A DNA stretch of 64,000 nucleotides from Candidatus Latescibacterota bacterium (GCA_963667175.2 CAXXXF010000010.1:1-64000); one strand, 5' to 3'; positions 29,527 to 39,453 are shown, counted from the first letter of the stretch. A program made the numbers and translations. The notes: generated by a model not told the origin, from the sequence alone.

Positions 29527-29988
29527 CTATGCCGTCAACTGCCTTATGAAATCGTCCAAATCCCGCCGATGGATCTGTCGCAGGCGTTCGGCGTTGATGA
29601 GATGATCCTCCAGCAACTGTGGATTCAATTCGGCCGTATAAGCGTGTCGGAAGAAGTGCCGGAACCTGCGCAATTGATCCAGCAGATCAAAGGCTTCTCC
29701 GGAAACCAGGGCCGGCCTGATGCCATCGATTTCCACCCGCATCCGGCGCAAGAGGTCTACGTGATACCGCTCCTCTTCAAGCCGGTTCTCAAAGAATCGA
29801 ACGACGGTTTCAAAGAGTTGCTCGAAAGCGGAATAGAGGTTATGGATCTGATAGGCCATACTGTCCATGCCTTCGGGCGTATCGCTGAACGACTCACGCC
29901 GCTTCTCGATCCGATGGTAGACACCGTTGATGTCACGTTCACGCGAATCGATTTCGGCTTTCAGGATGGCCACCCTGGTTTCATCCAT
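29527..29988 (-). CDS. HEPN (HepT-like) ribonuclease toxin
   Basis: HNLYSAFE, YHVDLL and FRHFFRHAY (R-X4-H) motifs; overlaps the MNT gene. Confidence 0.85.
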   Translation of the reverse strand: MDETRVAILKAEIDSRERDINGVYHRIEKRRESFSDTPEGMDSMAYQIHNLYSAFEQLFETVVRFFENRLEEERYHVDLLRRMRVEIDGIRPALVSGEAFDLLDQLRRFRHFFRHAYTAELNPQLLEDHLINAERLRQIHRRDLDDFIRQLTA

Positions 29989-30325
29989 ATACTCTCAATC
30001 CCCCGTTCCTGACCTCATCGGGATGTGGATGCATTTCCAGATCGATGACGTCCACGGTCCTGCCGGTAGCATCTTCCAGCGCTTTCATCACGTCGAGAAC
30101 CGATCGGGAGCACCCACTGACTGCCACGTCGACGTCGGACGCTTTGTTCCATCTGAACGCTACCAGCAGCGAACCTGTGACGTAGGCTTCACAGATGTCG
30201 TACTCGTCACGGATCCGCTTCAGAGTTGCCGTAACCGAACGCAGACATTCCGTTCTCTCGCGGTCTTGCTTCTCTCTTCGTCTCTTCAGAGCCCGGTCGA
30301 AACTGCTCGTATCGAACATCGTCAC
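29981..30325 (-). CDS. Minimal nucleotidyltransferase (MntA-like antitoxin)
   Basis: YVTGSL…SDVDVAV…VDVIDL. Confidence 0.85.
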   Translation of the reverse strand: MTMFDTSSFDRALKRRREKQDRERTECLRSVTATLKRIRDEYDICEAYVTGSLLVAFRWNKASDVDVAVSGCSRSVLDVMKALEDATGRTVDVIDLEMHPHPDEVRNGGLRVYG

Positions 30326-30401
30326 GACTCCGGGGATACGCGTGTTCCCTCGAAAGAATATCGCCTTGCCGACGCCGGATCGACGGTGAGGGTATGCTGT
30401 T

Positions 30402-30440
30402 ATCCTTCCGATTTCAACCGGCCGAGAGCACCGCCTGCAT
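30402..30440. repeat. 39-bp direct repeat, copy B (includes the uxuA stop codon)
   Basis: See copy A. Confidence 0.9.
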
Positions 30441-31469
30441 CATCGCCTTGATGTAGCCGAACTGGAAGGCGAAGGCCTGTTCGAAACTCCCGGGCGCGCT
30501 GTGACCCGGAGCGTGGTCGGGCACGACCATGTGGGGATAGCCTACGTCTTTCAGCGCCTGCATCAACGTATACATATTCATGTCGCCTTCATCGGGCCAG
30601 ACTTCCTGGAATTTGTTGCGGCCGCCGAAGATATTTCGATAGTGGATCAAGTGAATCTTCTTTCGCTCCCCGAAGTAGCGGATGATATCCGGCACCTCCG
30701 CGGCGGGATTTTCCACGCTCTCGGCCATGCAGCCCAGGCAGAGATTCAGTCCGTGATAGGGACTGGGGCAGATCTCGATAAACCGCTTGAATCCCTCCGC
30801 TCCGCCCAGAACGCGGTCCACGCCCTTGTAGCCCGGGGGCAACCAGGGGTCGCACGGGTGGCAGGCCATGCGGACTTTACATTCTTCCGCGACGGGGATC
30901 ACCCGCTCCAGAAAGAAGGTTACCCGCTTCCAGTTTTCTTCGGCGGTCACGGGTTGATCGTACCTGGGCGTACCGGAATCGGCCTTCGAGAGATCCCAGG
31001 TGGAATACCGCACGCCCCCGCGCCCGAGCGGCACGCTTTCCGTCCGCTGGTTTTCCATCTCGCAGAGAAAATACTTGATGGCGGGAATGCCGGCATCGGA
31101 CGTGGCGCGCACCATCCGGCACACGCGTTCGATCTCTTTCTCTCCCTTTTTCCAGTTGCCCAGCATGTAGTTCGGCACCGAACCACCGTCCTCGTTGAAC
31201 TGGTGGAGAGGCAGCGCCACCATCTCGAGGTCCACGCCGTAACGAGCGCACTTATCACGTTTCGCCGCAAGTTCCTCGGCATCCCAGCCCCGATCGCGGT
31301 GAAACGTGATGTCGTTCGCGGCCATACTGTTCACGCCGTGGCGCGCGAGAAAGGACAGGTGTTCATCCGTTGTGTCGAACCGCTGCGTACCCACGTGCAT
31401 GCGGGGACTTTCCGTGTTCCAGAGTCCGTGAGGATCCGACCGGCCGTTATCAACTGATTCCGTTGCCAT
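30414..31469 (-). CDS. uxuA: Mannonate dehydratase family protein
   Basis: FFLERVIPVAEE, ACHPCDP, GLNLCLG, IHYRN, PDH.P and AFQFGYIKA motifs. Confidence 0.8.
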   Translation of the reverse strand: MATESVDNGRSDPHGLWNTESPRMHVGTQRFDTTDEHLSFLARHGVNSMAANDITFHRDRGWDAEELAAKRDKCARYGVDLEMVALPLHQFNEDGGSVPNYMLGNWKKGEKEIERVCRMVRATSDAGIPAIKYFLCEMENQRTESVPLGRGGVRYSTWDLSKADSGTPRYDQPVTAEENWKRVTFFLERVIPVAEECKVRMACHPCDPWLPPGYKGVDRVLGGAEGFKRFIEICPSPYHGLNLCLGCMAESVENPAAEVPDIIRYFGERKKIHLIHYRNIFGGRNKFQEVWPDEGDMNMYTLMQALKDVGYPHMVVPDHAPGHSAPGSFEQAFAFQFGYIKAMMQAVLSAG

Positions 31470-31557
31470 CAGAAATTCGCCTCCCTTCGGCCTGCCGAGC
31501 ATGCCTCGCAGGCCTCCAAGACCGCGCCGCCGGTCTCTTTCGGCCGGCCGCGGTACG

Positions 31558-32349
31558 TTATGCGCCTTCCAGTACCCGCCGCATTTCCTCTCCCTGAGTG
31601 CGGAACCAGTCCATCAGGATGCTGACGTCCGTACCGATGCAGAAGTGTTTCACCCCCATATCCAGATAGCGCTTCGCCTGGTCCGGACTGCTGATTTCCG
31701 CGCGCGGCGCGACGCCCATCTTCAGTGACGTTTCGACGACGAACGTCTCCGCCTCCCTGACTCGCTCGCTTCCGTACTCGCCCGGGTGGCCGATGCTCAT
31801 GGAATAGTCTCCAGGGCCGAACTGCACCATATCAATGCCGCCCACGGACAGGATTGCCTCCAGGGTTTCCACCGCCGGCGCTTTTTCGATCATTAGGGCG
31901 ATGACGACGTCTTCCATGGCGTCGACAAACTCCGGCAGTCCTCCGGCCATTCCGAACCCCATGGTCCGGCGCATGCTCGCCCCGTGCTGCCCGCCCGTCT
32001 TCGGCGTTTCGGCGCGCACCGCATTCACGCACTCGCGGGCATCGGAAACGGACCGCACGTCGGCGAACAGCACGTTCTGAATGCCCGCGCCGACGGCGCG
32101 CGAAGCCAGATGCGATCTCGGTTCCTGCTCCACCTTGATCATGGACGACATGTCGTAGAGCTCAATCGCCCTGGCGAGGTTCTCGAACGTATGCAGGTCG
32201 TACGGCGCGTATTCCGAAACGTATTCCACGTAGTCGAACATTCCGGAAAGACCCACCAGTTCCATCACGGTCGGCCACGGACTGTGGACGTGGGTGCCCA
32301 CGCTCGGCTTATCCGCCTTCAACAATTCACTCAGTCGATTTGCGCGCAT
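31558..32349 (-). CDS. HpcH/HpaI aldolase family protein
   Basis: ALMIEK and VQFGPGDYSMSIG motifs. Confidence 0.85.
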   Translation of the reverse strand: MRANRLSELLKADKPSVGTHVHSPWPTVMELVGLSGMFDYVEYVSEYAPYDLHTFENLARAIELYDMSSMIKVEQEPRSHLASRAVGAGIQNVLFADVRSVSDARECVNAVRAETPKTGGQHGASMRRTMGFGMAGGLPEFVDAMEDVVIALMIEKAPAVETLEAILSVGGIDMVQFGPGDYSMSIGHPGEYGSERVREAETFVVETSLKMGVAPRAEISSPDQAKRYLDMGVKHFCIGTDVSILMDWFRTQGEEMRRVLEGA

Positions 32350-32530
32350 GCAGTCTCCTCTGAATATCGTTTCAGCCTTCCGATCTCACTGGATCGTGTC
32401 GCTTGCCGCCAAACCGGTTTGTTCTTTCCCTTCTTTCCCTTTTGTGCTTTTTGTGGCTATGCAGTCGGTTCTGATACGTAAAGGCAATCGCCCTGGAAGC
32501 GACCTGCAGAGCGGCTCTTTCAACGGACGG

Positions 32531-33286
32531 TTAACCGAACGGCTTCAGGGCCCGTATCTGCCGCACGTCCTCCGCCACCTCGTCGGCGGAAGCATCCAGC
32601 ATCTGCTCCCCATGCTCCGCAGTGGCGGGGCGCGGATCGCCGACCCCGCCGTGTTTCGTGCGCTGATCGAACCGGTAGTAGGAAGCCACGCCCGGCGCCC
32701 GCATGCCCTCCCGCTCGCCGTCCGCGTCCAGACGGTCCATACGCACCAGTTCGGGCCGGATGGCCAGAATCATGGATGTCTCCGTCTCGCCGGCATGGCC
32801 GGACCCGCCCGAGCCGAGTTGCCGTATCCTGTCGAGGGTCTCGCCGGAGGCCCACGCCCAGCGTGAGTAGAACTCCACGTCGCCCTCGGGGTACCGTTCC
32901 ATCAGCCGCTGCAGCAACACGGAAACATTCGCGCCGTTGCCGCCGTGGCTGTTCTGGATCAGGATCTTCCGGAATCCGTGCCCCACCATCGACGCCACGA
33001 CGTCCATCATAAGCAACAGGTGCGTATCGGAGACTGCGCTCACCGTACCCGGATAACGGACGTGGTGCTGGGAGTATCCCAGCCACTGCACGGGCAGCAC
33101 CAGCACGTCGTCCGGACATCGTTCGTGCACGCGCCTGGCCACCTCGCCGCCGATCAGGCTGTCGGTAAACACGGGCAGATGCAGGCTGTGCTGTTCGCAG
33201 GAGGCCACCGGAATCAGCACGACGATATCGCGGGGGAGGGCGTCGATTTCCGGGGATGTCATTTCAGCGAGAATCATGGCTTCCAC
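32531..33286 (-). CDS. Creatininase family amidohydrolase
   Basis: EQH..HLP..TD, NSHGGN, HAGETETS and GGVGDP motifs. Confidence 0.9.
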   Translation of the reverse strand: MEAMILAEMTSPEIDALPRDIVVLIPVASCEQHSLHLPVFTDSLIGGEVARRVHERCPDDVLVLPVQWLGYSQHHVRYPGTVSAVSDTHLLLMMDVVASMVGHGFRKILIQNSHGGNGANVSVLLQRLMERYPEGDVEFYSRWAWASGETLDRIRQLGSGGSGHAGETETSMILAIRPELVRMDRLDADGEREGMRAPGVASYYRFDQRTKHGGVGDPRPATAEHGEQMLDASADEVAEDVRQIRALKPFG

Positions 33287-33373
33287 CTTTCGCCGGCCAA
33301 CACGGGCGCCAGCAGGGCTTTGGCGCCGAAACCGCCAGTTTTCGTGCGGGGTGTCCGAACCGACAATTAACGC

Positions 33374-34390
33374 CTATCGCCCAAATCCATCAAGCACATT
33401 CTGCACACAGGGGCCAATGGTTTCGAGGTCGTAACCTCCTTCCTGCACAAGCAGCGTGGGCACGCCGAGCGAGGCAAGGCGACGTCCGATCGCCTCAAAC
33501 GAAGAGACCGGCAGTTCGAACTCGCCCAGCGGGTCGTCCCGGCAGACGTCCACGCCCAGCGAAACCACGAGAAAGGCAGGGGCAAACCGGTCCGCTTCGT
33601 CCAGGGCCCGGTCCAGCGTCTTCAGGTACAGCGCGTCGCCCGTGCCTATGGAAAGCGGCAGATTCACGTTCAGCCCCCGCCCGGCGCCCGCGCCCGATTC
33701 GTCCGCGTACCCGCTGAAGTAGGGGTATTCGACCTCCGGGTCCGCGTGGATTGAAAGGAACAGGACGGCGTCCGATCCGTAGAAGATGGACTGCGTCCCG
33801 TTCCCGTGGTGATAGTCCACGTCAAGCACGGCCACGCGTCCGGCGGCGCCTAGAAATTTCGCTGCGACCGCGGCGTTATTCAGGTAGCAATAGCCGCCGT
33901 AAAGGTCGCCCGCCGCGTGATGGCCCGGCGGACGGCAGAGCGCGTAGACCGATGCCTCTCCCTCCAGCAGCATCGCGGCGCCGGTCAGCGCGCAGAACGC
34001 GGCGTCGCGGGCGGCCTCGAATGTGTGCGCCATGATCGGCGACTGTGTCTCGAAGCCGTAGTAACCCGCCTGATGTGTGACGTCGCGCGGAAGGCGGGCC
34101 GACGCGCGGGCTGCGAAGGTATCGGGGATCAGTCCGGTGTCGCCCCCTCCACCTCGGTCCGTCCACGCCGCGTGGACGTGCTCCAGGAAGCGCAGATATC
34201 CCGCGTCGTGAACCGCGCCAATGGCATCCATCGAAAACGTCCGCGGCGGCAGCACGTCATGGGCCACTTCGATCGCGCGCAGAATCGCCTCCGCCCGCGC
34301 CGGAACTTCGGGATAGGGCTTCAGCCCGCCTTCGATTAACTGAAATGGAGGCGCGTGGCGTCTGTGGCTGGGCGAATAGATGACTCTCAT
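33374..34390 (-). CDS. Histone deacetylase family (acetylpolyamine amidohydrolase-like)
   Basis: RPPGHHA, GGYCYLNN, DVDYHHGNGTQ and QEGGY motifs. Confidence 0.92.
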   Translation of the reverse strand: MRVIYSPSHRRHAPPFQLIEGGLKPYPEVPARAEAILRAIEVAHDVLPPRTFSMDAIGAVHDAGYLRFLEHVHAAWTDRGGGGDTGLIPDTFAARASARLPRDVTHQAGYYGFETQSPIMAHTFEAARDAAFCALTGAAMLLEGEASVYALCRPPGHHAAGDLYGGYCYLNNAAVAAKFLGAAGRVAVLDVDYHHGNGTQSIFYGSDAVLFLSIHADPEVEYPYFSGYADESGAGAGRGLNVNLPLSIGTGDALYLKTLDRALDEADRFAPAFLVVSLGVDVCRDDPLGEFELPVSSFEAIGRRLASLGVPTLLVQEGGYDLETIGPCVQNVLDGFGR

Positions 34391-34445
34391 TGCGACTCCG
34401 TACGGGTTCCGGATGTGCCTGCGGTACAATCCATCGCGTCCGGCA

Positions 34446-36002
34446 TTACAGCCTTTCCAGCTTTCCGTTTTCCAGCATATAGATTTCATCAGCCACGCGG
34501 GAAACCAGACGCCGGTCGTGGCTGACTACGACGAATCCGCCGGGAAAACCCTCGAGCAGCTTTTCCAGCACCTCTACGGACTCGACGTCCAGATGCGTCG
34601 TGGGCTCATCCAGCACCAGAAACTCCATCCGCTTCAGGATCATCTTCACAATGGCGCCGCGCATCCGCTCGCCGTAACTCAACGTGTGCACCGGCCGGAC
34701 CACCTTATCGGCGCGCAGTTTGGCCCCTCCCAGAAACTGGCGCGCCTCGCTTTCATCTCGATCGACGTCCCGGAAGTTATCGAGGAAGATTTCCCGGTCG
34801 TAAAATCCGTCCAGGCCCTGGGTTACATATCCCGTCCTCACGTTGGCGTTATAGTAAACAGAGCCGCAATCCGGCGGCAGTTTCCCCGTCATCACGTTCA
34901 GGAGCGTTGTCTTGCCGGCCCCGTTCGGCCCCATGACTGCAATCCGGTCTCTGGTCTCTACAACCAGGTTCAATGCCTCGAGGACCGTGATGCCATCCCA
35001 CTGCTTCCCCGCCGACTCCATCCGCCCCACCAGGCGCCGGTCCACCTCGTAGGGAGGAAAATTCATCCTGACTTTCTTTTCGATCCAGGGCTTCTCCGCT
35101 TCCAGATGAGACGTGTGCCGTTCGAGACGGCGCTCCATCGCCTTCGCGCCCTTCATCACCTTTGCGGCCAGACGACGGCTTGACGAGTCCGTCGTCTCGT
35201 TCTCCCGGCTCACCCCCCACGCCATCCGCCGCCGCATCGCATCCTGTAGTGCGGAAATCTTCTTTCTGAGCGTCCTCGCCCTGTCCATCCTGCCCTGAAA
35301 GTCCTGCTCCTTGTGCTCCAGCGCCGTCGAATAGCCGCCCTGGACCGAGAACATGCTCCCCCGTTCAAGGTAGACCGTCCGGTCCGCCACGTTGTCGATC
35401 ATCTCCCGATCGTGGCTTACGATCAGCACCGCGCGTCCCCGTCGCTTGACCAGGCGGATGGCCTCCTCGAACGCGGTGATGCCCCTGATATCCAGGTAGT
35501 TCAGCGGCTCGTCGAACAACATCATGTCCGCGTCCAGCGCCAGCGCTCCCGTCAGGTCCACCTTTCGCTGCTGTCCGCGGGACATGCTCCCGTACGGCGT
35601 TTCCAGATCCACGCCGAAATTTGCCGCAAAGGCTCGAACCCGGTCCTCGCGTTCGAACCCGCCACGCTCGTAGTAGTCCTGATAGAAATCGTGCCGCCCC
35701 GCCTGAATACCGGTGTACAGCCGCGCCAACTCCGCGTCGAAAGACAGCGCGCGCGCCAGCGCCGACCCCTCGAACCCGGCCGGGCTCTCCTGCGGAACAC
35801 AGGCCCATCTTGCGGACCGCTGCAGGGAGACGCCGCCTTCGAAATCCGCGTTCTCGCCCGTGAGGCATTTCAGCAGCGTGGTCTTTCCGCACCCGTTCGC
35901 TCCCACGACCGCGACCACCTCGCCGCCGTGAAGGCTGAACGAAATGCCGTCCAGCACGGATACCGCGCCGTAGGAAACGCGTAAATTATGTACCTGAAGC
36001 AC
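34446..36002 (-). CDS. ABC-F family ATPase (possible ribosome-protection type)
   Basis: Two ABC domains (GANGCGKTT/DEPLNYLD; GPNGAGKTT/DEPTTHLD), no TM segments, long basic helical linker. GTG start at 36002 assumed. Confidence 0.85.
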   Translation of the reverse strand: MLQVHNLRVSYGAVSVLDGISFSLHGGEVVAVVGANGCGKTTLLKCLTGENADFEGGVSLQRSARWACVPQESPAGFEGSALARALSFDAELARLYTGIQAGRHDFYQDYYERGGFEREDRVRAFAANFGVDLETPYGSMSRGQQRKVDLTGALALDADMMLFDEPLNYLDIRGITAFEEAIRLVKRRGRAVLIVSHDREMIDNVADRTVYLERGSMFSVQGGYSTALEHKEQDFQGRMDRARTLRKKISALQDAMRRRMAWGVSRENETTDSSSRRLAAKVMKGAKAMERRLERHTSHLEAEKPWIEKKVRMNFPPYEVDRRLVGRMESAGKQWDGITVLEALNLVVETRDRIAVMGPNGAGKTTLLNVMTGKLPPDCGSVYYNANVRTGYVTQGLDGFYDREIFLDNFRDVDRDESEARQFLGGAKLRADKVVRPVHTLSYGERMRGAIVKMILKRMEFLVLDEPTTHLDVESVEVLEKLLEGFPGGFVVVSHDRRLVSRVADEIYMLENGKLERL

Positions 36003-36062
36003 CGCCTCACCCCCTTCCGCCAACCTTGGCACAACCCGGGAAGACAAACCCCCCCCGTACCG

Positions 36063-36080
36063 TCACTGCGATGGATGCAT
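36063..36080 (-). promoter_or_regulatory. Candidate leader uORF (MHPSQ*) upstream of ABC-F
   Basis: GGAGG about 11 nt before the ATG; stop about 60 nt before the ABC-F start. Confidence 0.3.
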
Positions 36081-36547
36081 CGGACGTGCGTCCTCCCGTG
36101 CCACCCTCACCCCATCAACGTCGCCGCAACCGGAATCGGAGTCGTTCTCGCTCGTCTCGCCGATCCCTGCCGGCAGCGGCCCTGGCTCCGGCACGTACCG
36201 GTTTTCCCCCCCCCTCTCCCCCCGGGAGAGGGGGGGGAGAGGTCTGCGCCGTCGCTGATTCTGCAGGGACAACCGGCCGTTCGCCCCTGCAAGATACCAT
36301 CAATACGGGAACCGATATCGCCGGGCCTTTTCGTGGTTGCGCCAGTTCCAAAGACCCGTGTATATTGCCGGAATCCCGTATTATGACTGGTATACATGCG
36401 GCGCCCAGGCGAACGAAGCCGCGCCAGGACGAATTGCGCCTGCGTCCCGCTTATTCCGTTAATCCTCACGATCCTGATTGATCCCATTCATGCTGCTTTA
36501 TCCTGATCTATCCTGTTCATCCTGAAAATCCTGATCCGGGGTTGCAT

Positions 36548-37633
36548 ATGGCCGATGTCACGTTCGACGATCTGCTGGAAATCCGAAGAGGCGGAGCCGG
36601 CCTTACCATGGGCGGCGGGCCGTCACGTATCGCAAAAATCGAGACGGTGGAAGAGTGGGAAACAAAAGCGGATGCGCTGCGGTCGATATTCCGCCAGACT
36701 CTGGGTCGAGGCCCCTCGGAGGTGTGTCCGTTGGACGCTGAGGTTGTCTCGGAAACGAACCACGGAGACCACGTCAAGCGAAGCATTGCCTACAACGTGG
36801 AGCCGGATGAACGCATTGTCGCGGACGTGCTCATCCCCGACGGGCTGAACCGCAGGGCTCCGGCCGTGCTCTGCATCCACCCCACCACGCCGTTCGGGCG
36901 AGAGCAGGTCATCGGGAACGACCGGACCGAAAAGGGCCAGGACCGCGCATACGCGCTTCACCTCGTCAGGCGCGGTTTCATCACCCTGGCGTACGACCTG
37001 TTGAGCGCCAACGAACGCAAATACGAAGGGCTTCGCGACTTCGACACCGCGCCCTTTTATGAAAAATTCCCGGAATGGTCCGTCCGCGGGAAAGACCTGT
37101 GGGACCTGAGCCGGGCGATCGACCTGCTCGAAACCATCCCGGAGGCCGACGCGCAACGCGTCGGATCCATCGGACATTCGCAGGGGGGCGGCATCACGAT
37201 CCACGCGGTGGCGCTCGAGCCGCGCGTCTCGGCCGGCGTCGCCAGCTGCGGCGACTGGCCCGCGCGGTTCTCGAAGAATCCCTTCAATCATGCGCGGACG
37301 GGCTGGTGGGTGGGGCGCCCCTTTCTCAGGCCGTACTGTCAGGCCGGCAAACCCTTTCCGATCGAACTCCACGAAACCCTTGCCCTCGCCGCGCCCCGCG
37401 CCATCATGCACGTCACCGCGCTCAATGACTTTCAGTACAGCAAGGAGGAAACCCGTCTCACGCGCCCGGTCCTCGAGCGCATGGCCGAATCGGTCTCCGC
37501 CGTTTTTTCGCTCTACGGCGCGGCGGACAACTTCCGCCACGTCCTTCACGAAGAGGGACATGGCTTCGCCCAGGCGCACCGCGAATTGGCGTATGCGTTC
37601 CTGGAAGAGCAGCTGTCAGCGATCAGCCATTAG
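36548..37633 (+). CDS. Alpha/beta hydrolase (dienelactone hydrolase/acetyl xylan esterase-like)
   Basis: PAVLCIH, GHSQGG nucleophile elbow, LAAPR and GHGF motifs. Confidence 0.85.
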   Translation: MADVTFDDLLEIRRGGAGLTMGGGPSRIAKIETVEEWETKADALRSIFRQTLGRGPSEVCPLDAEVVSETNHGDHVKRSIAYNVEPDERIVADVLIPDGLNRRAPAVLCIHPTTPFGREQVIGNDRTEKGQDRAYALHLVRRGFITLAYDLLSANERKYEGLRDFDTAPFYEKFPEWSVRGKDLWDLSRAIDLLETIPEADAQRVGSIGHSQGGGITIHAVALEPRVSAGVASCGDWPARFSKNPFNHARTGWWVGRPFLRPYCQAGKPFPIELHETLALAAPRAIMHVTALNDFQYSKEETRLTRPVLERMAESVSAVFSLYGAADNFRHVLHEEGHGFAQAHRELAYAFLEEQLSAISH

Positions 37634-37694
37634 CGATCAGCCAGAAGCGGTAAGCGATACGGACACGCGATGTCAACTCAGGAATGTCCGACTA

Positions 37695-37727
37695 ATGTAG
37701 GGGCAGGTTTGAAACCTGCCCCTACAT
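37695..37727. repeat. GTAG-type REP palindrome
   Basis: ATGTAGGGGCAGGTTT-G-AAACCTGCCCCTACAT; sister copy at 49097-49121. Confidence 0.85.
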
Positions 37728-37746
37728 CAACGAAAACCTCGCTTAA

Positions 37747-38032
37747 CAGTCCGTTGGAAAAGTCGCTCTGCAGGCGAGGCATGGTGTCCCGTCCCGGAAA
37801 TATGTCACCATTCATCCGCCGATCCATCCCGTCTGGCGGCGTTGCCTTCGCTCGGTGACCTTGGACAGGTCGCCTCGCTCAGGCGTCTTGCCAGCCGGGC
37901 GACTCGGCGGTCGAATTTCGGTAATCTATTTCCGGGACAGAACACTTGCCATTGTGGCCGAAGACAAGGCGCGCCTGTCTGCGTGCGGACACGCACAGGC
38001 AGGCAGACCGGATGGACGTTTTCAACGGGCTG
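37747..38032. mobile_element. MITE-A copy 3, containing nested MITE-B and a 30-bp hairpin (37974-38003)
   Basis: Same termini as copies 1 and 2; TTAA on the left, TTTAA on the right. Confidence 0.8.
37784..37945. mobile_element. MITE-B (162 bp) with 19-bp imperfect TIRs
   Basis: GTGTCCCGTCCCGGAAATA … TATTTCCGGGACAGAACAC; absent from MITE-A copies 1 and 2. Confidence 0.7.
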
Positions 38033-38316
38033 TTTAACGCGCAGCCAACAGGGATACGAAACGGTCCGAAAGTCGTCTTCCTATAAATCGCAAAATGACA
38101 GGCAGCCTTCACTGCCTGTCATTTATTCGTTCCCAACCGGACGGGGCGGAACATCCTGACCGGCGAGTCGCGGGCTAACCGGAAATCTGGAAGAGACCGT
38201 CGCCGGATATCGGTACAGTTGATTCGTCAAACGCGTTATAAATGGCGCAGAAAGACCGCCGGGCGACAGCGGGGTCGCGCCCGTTACACGATCTCAGCAG
38301 GGGTCTATAGATTGGC

Positions 38317-39453
38317 TTACTTGAAGACTTCAAAGGCGCCGTTCCGCACCCTCAGCACAATGGGATTGTAAACCGCGTCGCCATCGGGATTGAACGAGAA
38401 ACGCCCCAGAATCGTATCGACCTCCCGGGTATTGATCATCTCGCGTTTGATCGCACTCGCGTCCATCGATCCGGTTTCCGCTATTGATTTGGCGAGAACA
38501 AGCAGCGAGACGTAAGAAATCGCGCCCCATGGATGCGGTTCATAGCCGTACCTGGCGACGTAATTTTCAACGAAGGCCTGGTTCCCAGGCGTGGAAGCGT
38601 TGCTTGCCCAACTCAATACGGAAATCGCGCCTTCGGCGGCGTCGCCCGCTTTCTTAACTTCGGCCAGGGACAGTTCAGGTATGATCATAGGAATCATTGA
38701 AGTGATGCCAACCTCACGGGCATTGACCAGAACTTGAATCATCTCCGCCGCCAGACACGAGACAAACACGGCTTGTGGCTTCAAAGCCATTATTCTGCTC
38801 AACTGGTTGGCAAACGAGGTGTCGCCCGTTGCGAAAGTCTCCCTTGTCAGAATCTGGACCTCGTTCTCGGCCAGGGCCTTGCGCAATTCCTCGTCCAGGC
38901 TGAGGGAATACACGTCGGTCGAATCGACCATAATCGCCACTCTTCGATACCTCAGTTTCTCCTTCGTACCCTTGACGGCGCCTGGAGCGAGCGTGCCAAC
39001 GTTGAGGCCTGTGCGGAAGATATAGTCGCCGATCGCGCTCAGGCCGACGGCGGTCGACGTCGAACTTAAAGCCAGAACCTCGCTCTGTTGAGCGATCGGA
39101 AACACCTCCTTCGCCACGGTGGAAATACCGGGACCCAGGATGACGGACACACCGTCCTCTTTGATAAGTTTATTGAACGCTTTCGTGGCGGCATCAACCG
39201 TGCCTCGGGAATCCTCCCTGATGAACTCGATGTTTGAGCCCCCGAGTATCGATGAACCGTTGATTTCTTCAAGTGCGAACTGGAAGCCTTCCCACGCCGG
39301 CGCGCCGTATAAAATCTGCGGGCCGGTCAGCGGGAGCGCGACGCCGATCTCGATCTTTTCGGGCAGACCATCTGCAACGCAACCCCAGCTCACGGCAGCG
39401 ACGAGCGAGAAAACGAACAGACTGCGAATCCTGGTAAACAAGGCTGACTCCAT
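38317..39453 (-). CDS. ABC transporter substrate-binding protein (branched-chain amino acid/LivJ-like), orphan
   Basis: IGVALPLTG, EEIN..G, GPGIS and YIFRT motifs; signal peptide. Confidence 0.85.
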   Translation of the reverse strand: MESALFTRIRSLFVFSLVAAVSWGCVADGLPEKIEIGVALPLTGPQILYGAPAWEGFQFALEEINGSSILGGSNIEFIREDSRGTVDAATKAFNKLIKEDGVSVILGPGISTVAKEVFPIAQQSEVLALSSTSTAVGLSAIGDYIFRTGLNVGTLAPGAVKGTKEKLRYRRVAIMVDSTDVYSLSLDEELRKALAENEVQILTRETFATGDTSFANQLSRIMALKPQAVFVSCLAAEMIQVLVNAREVGITSMIPMIIPELSLAEVKKAGDAAEGAISVLSWASNASTPGNQAFVENYVARYGYEPHPWGAISYVSLLVLAKSIAETGSMDASAIKREMINTREVDTILGRFSFNPDGDAVYNPIVLRVRNGAFEVFK

